Shown: positions 58,049-64,000 of the stretch, piece after piece
How positions within the stretch are numbered: position 1 is the first letter of the stretch
Layout of the letters: each line of letters begins with the position of its first letter
Translations under genes and position numbers: made by a program
NCBI GenBank assembly: GCA_903934015.1
Contig: CAIZMI010000021.1
Location: 10,868-74,867 of the forward strand
Direction of reading: 5' to 3'
Length of the DNA stretch: 64,000 nucleotides
From: an uncultured bacterium
Lineage (GTDB): Bacteria > Patescibacteriota > Andersenbacteria > UBA10190 > CAIZMI01
The notes under the pieces: generated by a model
What the model was told of the DNA's origin: nothing
The model's database searches: none
The model's input: only the letters and a program-made list of their open reading frames with translations

Positions 58049-59203
58049 TTATTTCTTTTTTTCGATCAACGATTGGTATAACTCTGTCATCTTCCGAACC
58101 ATTTTTTCTTCTGAAAATTCATTGGCGCGGGGAATGGATTTTTCAGCTAATGAGTCACGTAGTTTGGGAGATTCAATTATTGAAAGTAGTTTTGTGGCAA
58201 AATCATTAACGGTAGGTTTAGTAATTAATCCATTGATGCCATTAGTAACAATATCGCGGTTACCAGGGGCGTCTACTACCACAGCAGGAAGGCCGGTTGC
58301 TAAAGCTTCAAGTGTTACAAGTCCCTGAGTTTCACTTAAAGACGGGTAGGCAAAGATGTCCGCGCCGATAAGGAAGTCGGGGACTTCTTCGTGTGGAAAG
58401 CTTCCTGAAAAAATTATTTTTTCTTTCAACCCAAGTTTTGTGGCTAATCTTTTTAGACTGCCGGTTGCTGGACCATCGCCACCCAAAATTAATCGAAGCG
58501 ATTTTTTTGTTTTTTCTTGTATTAGGGCAAATGCCTTGAGTAGTAATTCAAAATTTTTCTCTTTGGATAAACGGGCAAATGAAATAATCACGGTTTCTGT
58601 TTCTTTGATGCCCCATTTTTTGCGAGTGGCGTTTCTAACTTCAGAGTTACGAACAAAGAATTGCGGATTAATGCCTGTTGGAATTACTGTCACGGGTGTT
58701 TTAATTTTTCTTTGATAAAGAATTTTTTCGACTGATTCGGATGGGGCCACAACGGCGGAAACCTTATTGGCAAAACGCATGACGCGCTTGACGACAATTT
58801 TTTGTAGTAAGCTCTTTGGGAGGAATGACGCGTAATGAACATATTGTTCATACATTGCGTGGTGGGTAAAAACAAATGGAATATGATTTTTGCGCGCAAC
58901 TTTTAAAGCTGTTTTACCCAAAAGAAATGGTTGATGAGTATGGATTATGTCTGGTTTAAATTCGGCGACAACTTTTGCGATAAAACTTTTTCCGGGATAG
59001 GGGAGTGGAATAAGTGGTGGACGAAAAGGATAAGACGGGACGCGATAAATTTTAGGATTTGTTTCGGTGAATCCAGGGAAAGCAGGAACAATTAAACGTA
59101 CTTCGTGTCCTAGTTTTTCTAAATTACGAATAGTGCGGGTAATGGATGTGGCCACGCCACTGACGTGGGGTAAGTAGTGATTAGAGAGCATTAAAATCTT
59201 CAT
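58049..59203 (-). CDS. GT4 glycosyltransferase (1,2-diacylglycerol glucosyltransferase-like)
   Basis: YLPHVSGVATS, DIIHTHQPFLLG, FTHHAMYEQYVHY, IPTGI, RLSKEKN, SETQGLVTLEALATGLP. Confidence 0.9.
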   Translation of the reverse strand: MKILMLSNHYLPHVSGVATSITRTIRNLEKLGHEVRLIVPAFPGFTETNPKIYRVPSYPFRPPLIPLPYPGKSFIAKVVAEFKPDIIHTHQPFLLGKTALKVARKNHIPFVFTHHAMYEQYVHYASFLPKSLLQKIVVKRVMRFANKVSAVVAPSESVEKILYQRKIKTPVTVIPTGINPQFFVRNSEVRNATRKKWGIKETETVIISFARLSKEKNFELLLKAFALIQEKTKKSLRLILGGDGPATGSLKRLATKLGLKEKIIFSGSFPHEEVPDFLIGADIFAYPSLSETQGLVTLEALATGLPAVVVDAPGNRDIVTNGINGLITKPTVNDFATKLLSIIESPKLRDSLAEKSIPRANEFSEEKMVRKMTELYQSLIEKKK

Positions 59204-59970
59204 TTTTTTATTTGATGATCCGTAATGAATTTATTGATCCGTTCAAATACTTCTTCTTTTCCATGATCGATAAGGACAACATGATAGCGATTTTCTACCC
59301 ACATCACTTCAAAATCATCGGTGTTGATGGAGTCGCGCAGTACATTGATGGTCTCATCATCAACGGCGTGGTCGGTTGTGGATTGAACAGCTAAAACAGG
59401 GCACTTGATTGTTGGGAGAGCAGTGCGCGATAGTTCAATCACTTTTAAAACCTGAGGGGCTGATATTAGTGGAATGCTTTTATAATTTGGTCGTACTTTG
59501 CGAATTTCAGGGTCGAGTGATTTTTGGTACCATTTTCGTTGGTAATTTATTCCAAGGGCACGATAGGCATAGTAGAGTGCTTTGTAGGATTTTTCATGTT
59601 TGAATTTGAGTGGTACGCCAATAAAGATAATTCCGGCAAAATTTAATTCTTGTGCCAATGTCGCGAGAAAATTTCCACCAAGAGAGATGCCAAGGGCATA
59701 AACAATAGGGTAGTCTTTAATTAATTCATAATAAGCTGTCCTGACGGAATTTAACCAGTCGTCGAGATTTGTCTTGGCCAGGTCTCTTGGAGAAGTGCCG
59801 TGGCCCGCTACAAGTACGCCTCTGGTGGCGATACCGTGTGTCGTTAAGTATTCTCCGCAAGCGCGAACATCATAGGTGGTGCTGGTAAAGCCGTGTACCA
59901 AAAGACAAGCAACCTTACCGTCGGTTTTGTAGTAGAATGGTTCCGCGCCGGGGATGAGTTGTTTGGACAT
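59200..59970 (-). CDS. Alpha/beta hydrolase (carboxylesterase / monoacylglycerol lipase-like)
   Basis: PGAEPF, LLVHGFT, GHGTSP, GISLGG nucleophile elbow, DHAV and HV triad positions. Confidence 0.88.
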   Translation of the reverse strand: MSKQLIPGAEPFYYKTDGKVACLLVHGFTSTTYDVRACGEYLTTHGIATRGVLVAGHGTSPRDLAKTNLDDWLNSVRTAYYELIKDYPIVYALGISLGGNFLATLAQELNFAGIIFIGVPLKFKHEKSYKALYYAYRALGINYQRKWYQKSLDPEIRKVRPNYKSIPLISAPQVLKVIELSRTALPTIKCPVLAVQSTTDHAVDDETINVLRDSINTDDFEVMWVENRYHVVLIDHGKEEVFERINKFITDHQIKK

Positions 59971-60057
59971 TGGTTGAATTGATTATAAGGCCAAATTTTA
60001 GATAGTAGAAGTCTAATTCATTCCACAATCATATCTTTCTTGTGATAAGCTTTTAGT

Positions 60058-60606
60058 GTGTTTGATCTCCTAATTTCCAGCTTATATTTGTTTCTGCCTG
60101 CTTATATCGCCAATATGGCGCCCGTGGTGGCGACAAAAGTGAATATTTTTCCACGGTTGAATGTTCCAATAGACGGGAGTAATAAAGATACGATGCGCCC
60201 ACTTTTCGGTGTCAATAAAACCTATCGAGGTTTTGTGACGGGTATTTTGGCAGGAGTCGGTGTCGCTTTTTTGCAGTTACTGGTGCGAAGAAACGGGGCG
60301 GGGAGATTATTTACCGAATTTCCGTATACGTATGAAAATTTTTTGCTTTGGGGTTTAGTTTTGGGTGCGGGAGCGTTGATTGGTGATTTGGTAAAAAGTT
60401 ATTTTAAGAGACGTCTAAACATTCCTTCTGGCCACAGATGGTTGCCGTGGGATCAGCTAGATATGGTTTTGGGCGGGTTACTGTTTGGTTCGTTGATGTA
60501 TCGTTTTTCGTGGCAACAAGTTGTTGTGTTGTTGGTTGTGTCGCCACTTTTGATTTTGATTGTTAATTTGGTTAGTTATTGGCTGAAGATTAAGAAGGAG
60601 TGGTAA
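60058..60606 (+). CDS. CDP-archaeol synthase-like (CarS/DUF46) membrane cytidylyltransferase
   Basis: PAYIANMAPV, PIDG, FG.NKT.RG, GALIGDLVKSYFKRRL, DQLD. Confidence 0.85.
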   Translation: MFDLLISSLYLFLPAYIANMAPVVATKVNIFPRLNVPIDGSNKDTMRPLFGVNKTYRGFVTGILAGVGVAFLQLLVRRNGAGRLFTEFPYTYENFLLWGLVLGAGALIGDLVKSYFKRRLNIPSGHRWLPWDQLDMVLGGLLFGSLMYRFSWQQVVVLLVVSPLLILIVNLVSYWLKIKKEW

Positions 60607-60667
60607 CTCTGTAAGGGTAGAGGACGCAGGGTACAGGCGGTCAGGGCTCGCGGATAATCGCACAGCT

Positions 60668-60703
60668 TCCTCCCTTTATCCAAAGGGGGGCGGGGAGGGA
60701 TTT
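60668..60703. repeat. Orphan ctccc..ggggag REP-like palindrome
   Basis: tcctccctttatccaaagggggg-gcggggagggattt; same ending as 7328-7340. Confidence 0.6.
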
Positions 60704-60782
60704 GGTTTTGTATGTGGTATTTGAAATTATTGACAATAATTATTTTTGAAGTCTCGTTTGTTTATAATCTGTTTCTTCAACT

Positions 60783-60808
60783 TAGGGGCGATTCATGAAT
60801 CGCCCCTA
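60783..60808. repeat. GTAG-type REP palindrome
   Basis: taggggcgattcatgaatcgccccta. Confidence 0.75.
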
Positions 60809-60852
60809 CAGCGCATGATCGCTTCTAGAATAAAAAAAGAAGTGAGGAATAC

Positions 60853-61221
60853 TCACTTCGGGGATTCGTCGGTCGTGGTGTCCGTGGCGTAGTCGGGTTT
60901 GTGTTTTTCAATGTACTCGATGACTCGCATCAGCAATTCCGTCGCCGTCGGTTCTCGTGACATCACTGGAAAGTCCATGTGGCTCAAAAGGTGCGCCGTG
61001 ACATCCTTGATTTCGGGTACTCCCGCGCATTCGTTGCGCGCAAGAACAATAAGGATGCCGCGTAGTGCTCTCTTCCCGCCGATCGTGATCAATTGTTGCA
61101 ATGCTGTAAAGAGTACGGTTTCGATTGGGTCATTCTCGGATACAACGGCAAAATTAATAAAATTGAATACCATTGGAATCTTCCCCTTAACAGAACAAGA
61201 AACAACACTCGAACAAAACAA
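60853..61221 (-). CDS. Hypothetical protein (start uncertain)
   Basis: ORF with plausible helical composition; upstream TTGACA/TATAAA on the minus strand. Confidence 0.4.
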   Translation of the reverse strand: MFCSSVVSCSVKGKIPMVFNFINFAVVSENDPIETVLFTALQQLITIGGKRALRGILIVLARNECAGVPEIKDVTAHLLSHMDFPVMSREPTATELLMRVIEYIEKHKPDYATDTTTDESPK

Positions 61222-61400
61222 ACGCCAGATTTTTATAATGTATTATATTTTTTCTGTCAACTTTGACAAAAAGTCGCATTTGAATTAAGATATAGGTAGT
61301 AATTGTTCCTTAGACAGGTGAAAAAAGTTCTAGCTCGCGGATTTTGGTGTCTCTTGCACGGTGCATGAGAACTCCAGAAGGATCCTTTGGAGAAAAAAAC

Positions 61401-61604
61401 ATGGACCCGCGCGCTTTAGAACCGCTTCTGCAGTTCATTCTGCCCATTGCCCTCACACTCGTGGCACTCAATGTGGGTGCAAACATGATTGGTTTTGGAA
61501 AGAAATGGATCAAGAAGCTCACGACGAAGGTTGTGCAAGGATTGGTGGCGGTGAGCATTTTTTGGCTCGCCATCCTGATCCTCGCCGAAGCCGTTCGTCG
61601 CTAG
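61401..61604 (+). CDS. Small two-TM hypothetical membrane protein
   Basis: ATG 61401 after ggag; two hydrophobic helices. Confidence 0.5.
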   Translation: MDPRALEPLLQFILPIALTLVALNVGANMIGFGKKWIKKLTTKVVQGLVAVSIFWLAILILAEAVRR

Positions 61605-61828
61605 TTTTTCCCTGCCACCCATAGTCTTGGCGAAGGATGGGCCTTTCGCTCTTTCATCCTTGAGTCCTCTTTGTGTCACCGGTACCTCGCATGCGAAGTG
61701 CCCAGGAGCCTTTGGACTCAAGGATCGACATGTAAACAGACATGTAAAAACACCCACGGGTGTTTTTTTCTTGCTTTCGATAATGTCTGAACCTTGTTTT
61801 TACGCGCATTTTGCGTTAGCTTTTCTGT

Positions 61829-62908
61829 ATGTCAAATAATACTGAATCAGAGGACGAAATCTACAAAAAATATTCGTTGATGTCTCGACCTGATATTTTA
61901 GAAGCGGTAAAAAGAGGGGATATTTATTACGAAGACGGCAAAGAAAGTAATATAAAGTCTTCCAGTGTCGACCTGACACTTGGTCCCTGGTATTGGGAAG
62001 AAACATCGCCAACAATTGAAAGACGTATTTTTAATCCGAATTCGGCTGAAGATGTAAACCGTGTTTGGGGTAGGCTTTGTTTTGCGCCACGGCACAGTTG
62101 GTGGTTACACAATCGCTATATTGAAAATACGCTGGAAGGTTTTCACCCGGAAGATCGGATCTATTTTATTGCTCCACAAAAGCAACTGCTTACCAGTACG
62201 CGTGAATTCATTGGCGGGACAACGCGTGATATTACAACCATGATGAAAGCCCGTTCCGGGGCAGGGCGCAGTTTTTTGGAAGTGTGTCGATGCGCAGGGT
62301 GGGGCGATATTGGGTATCACAATCGTTGGACAATGGAATTTAATAATTCTTCCGATACGCACTATATTCCGTTGAAAGTGGGACAGCGTTATGCGCAACT
62401 TGTTTTTTTCCGCGGGCGTGAATTGGGACAAAACGATACTGATTATCGTCAAGATGGAAAATATCAGGCAAATGTGGCACAAGGTGTGCGATCGCAGTGG
62501 ACGCCGGAAATGATGCGTCCCGCCATGTTTAGGGATCCGGAAATTATGTGTAAAGATTGCGTACAGAAAGTTTATTACCGTTGTGAAAATCCGGCTTGCG
62601 CGAAAGATGGCGCGGATGTCATTGATAATGTTCCAAAACAGTGTGCCGATTGCGGTACTCGCTTGAGAATATATGAAACACCGCCGGTAATCGAAAAGGT
62701 TTGGCCTCTTTACGATGTCTGTGTCGATTGTGGCTGTATTCATGGCGTTACTCAGAAATCTACTAGAATAGAGAGTCGTAATTATCGGCTACAGCAAGAA
62801 GTTGAACGAGCTAAACCGTTGCTTTGTGATAAGTGCAAAATCGGTTTTCGGCATTTTATCGGTGGTGATTACGAAGTTTGGTTGCCCGATGCTTCTTGTT
62901 TGCAATAA
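61829..62908 (+). CDS. dcd: dCTP deaminase family protein with Cys-rich C-terminal extension
   Basis: SSVDLTLG, ARSGAGR, AGWGDIGY..RWTME, YAQLVF, Y...GKY; five Cys pairs after residue ~240. Confidence 0.8.
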   Translation: MSNNTESEDEIYKKYSLMSRPDILEAVKRGDIYYEDGKESNIKSSSVDLTLGPWYWEETSPTIERRIFNPNSAEDVNRVWGRLCFAPRHSWWLHNRYIENTLEGFHPEDRIYFIAPQKQLLTSTREFIGGTTRDITTMMKARSGAGRSFLEVCRCAGWGDIGYHNRWTMEFNNSSDTHYIPLKVGQRYAQLVFFRGRELGQNDTDYRQDGKYQANVAQGVRSQWTPEMMRPAMFRDPEIMCKDCVQKVYYRCENPACAKDGADVIDNVPKQCADCGTRLRIYETPPVIEKVWPLYDVCVDCGCIHGVTQKSTRIESRNYRLQQEVERAKPLLCDKCKIGFRHFIGGDYEVWLPDASCLQ

Positions 62909-62932
62909 TTACTTTTAGATCACTACAATAAA

Positions 62933-64000
62933 ATGATTCGCTCAGAAATTCAAAATTTACTCGCTTTCTTTGTTGAAAAGGAAGCTCCGAAAAGATCAAC
63001 CGGTAGTGAAGATGCGATAGAGATATATTCGGCTACTCAGCAGGTTGATTCCGCTTATGAAAGATTTCGTAATTTATTGGATCCCGGTGATGAGGACGTG
63101 TTGAGGAGAAAGGCGATCGGTCGTTTTATAAATTTACGTTGGGAACTATCATCTGATCCGGAAAAGTTTGCGCTTGCCTTGTTGAAAGATTTGGCGCGCG
63201 GTCATTATATTCCGGTAAACACATCTCGAATTTTGGGAACTAGCATCGCTGTGGTTCTTAAGCGGGCTGTTTGCTTTATAAAACACAATAATCAAAACGT
63301 ACCGAAATGGTTTTTACCAATGGTGGCGGTAGAAGTGGATCGAATAATTTATCCACGCGAAGGGGATGATGCGTTAGTATATTTTTTCTTTGAAGAGGTT
63401 GAAAAGAAGACAATTTGGAAAGATGACACTATTGATGTTGAGGATAAAAATACACAATTGTTTCTTGCTTGTCACCGTGTTTTGGCAAAAACAGATGAAG
63501 CAGAGTTGTTTTGGCACTTATATCGAACCGCAGAACCATCTTGGCAGGAAGAAGAATTGAACGATGATAAAATGAATTTGGTGGTTAAAAACTTTGCTCA
63601 TCTGCAACAAGAAATAGAAACCGCCTTGTATTCACCGATGTCGGTTCGTGTTTTGCGTCGGTTGCATTCGCCAGCGGTGCCATATCGCATTTTGCGTGAT
63701 GTTTTGCGACAACCCAACGCGACTGTAATTCTCGCTAATAATGAGTTGTTGGCAACGAGTGTACGTGATTTATTAATGCGCAGAATCAAGAAGACTGAAA
63801 AGCAAATGTTGAAACGCGTGTGGCATGCCGCCGCCTTTCTTTTTCTTACCAAAAGCGTATTAGCTATTGCTACGGAAATACCATATGAAATATTTCTCGG
63901 AGGAGTACGATATTTTCCGCTAATGATTAATTTATTATTTCCATCAACCTTACTTTTCCTAATGGCTGGGACAGTTGTCAGACCGGGGAATGATAATACA
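62933..64000 (+). CDS. Hypothetical membrane protein, runs off the window end
   Basis: Open from ATG 62933 (MIRSEIQNLL...AYERFRNLLDPGDEDVLRRKAI...) with C-terminal hydrophobic segments; absent from the ORF track because it has no stop in the window. Confidence 0.7.
   Translation, partial: MIRSEIQNLLAFFVEKEAPKRSTGSEDAIEIYSATQQVDSAYERFRNLLDPGDEDVLRRKAIGRFINLRWELSSDPEKFALALLKDLARGHYIPVNTSRILGTSIAVVLKRAVCFIKHNNQNVPKWFLPMVAVEVDRIIYPREGDDALVYFFFEEVEKKTIWKDDTIDVEDKNTQLFLACHRVLAKTDEAELFWHLYRTAEPSWQEEELNDDKMNLVVKNFAHLQQEIETALYSPMSVRVLRRLHSPAVPYRILRDVLRQPNATVILANNELLATSVRDLLMRRIKKTEKQMLKRVWHAAAFLFLTKSVLAIATEIPYEIFLGGVRYFPLMINLLFPSTLLFLMAGTVVRPGNDNT

Overview
Bacterial chromosome segment read with the standard code, most likely Patescibacteria/CPR. 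That assignment is inferred from a tandem array of VirB2/TrbC-like pilins next to an extracellular solute-binding lipoprotein, a CarS-like gene, and many ORFans. Core genes: gyrA, a ClpC-family ATPase with ClpG-like features, rpsO, pnp, a TraR/DksA-type gene, lspA, comM/yifB, recG, a dCTP deaminase, and four tRNAs (Leu-TAG, Arg-TCT, His-GTG, Arg-TCG). Accessory blocks: seven pilin-like genes, an 11-gene chemosensory operon (MCP, cheW, three cheC, a REC-CheC fusion, two cheY, cheB, cheA, cheD; no cheR or flagellar genes in the window), a type I R-M island, and a lipid-modification trio. The non-coding DNA is the most unusual part. Three different tRNAs are each followed by a shared, covarying multi-hairpin module bracketed by inverted copies of that tRNA's own T-arm/acceptor sequence. 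A DUF559 nuclease gene sits between two REP-like doublets. Several palindrome families occur, some nested in each other and one in frame inside a gene. There is also a MITE-like element and a promoter-led, highly structured ~480-nt ORF-free region. All calls come from reading the sequence; no searches were run.
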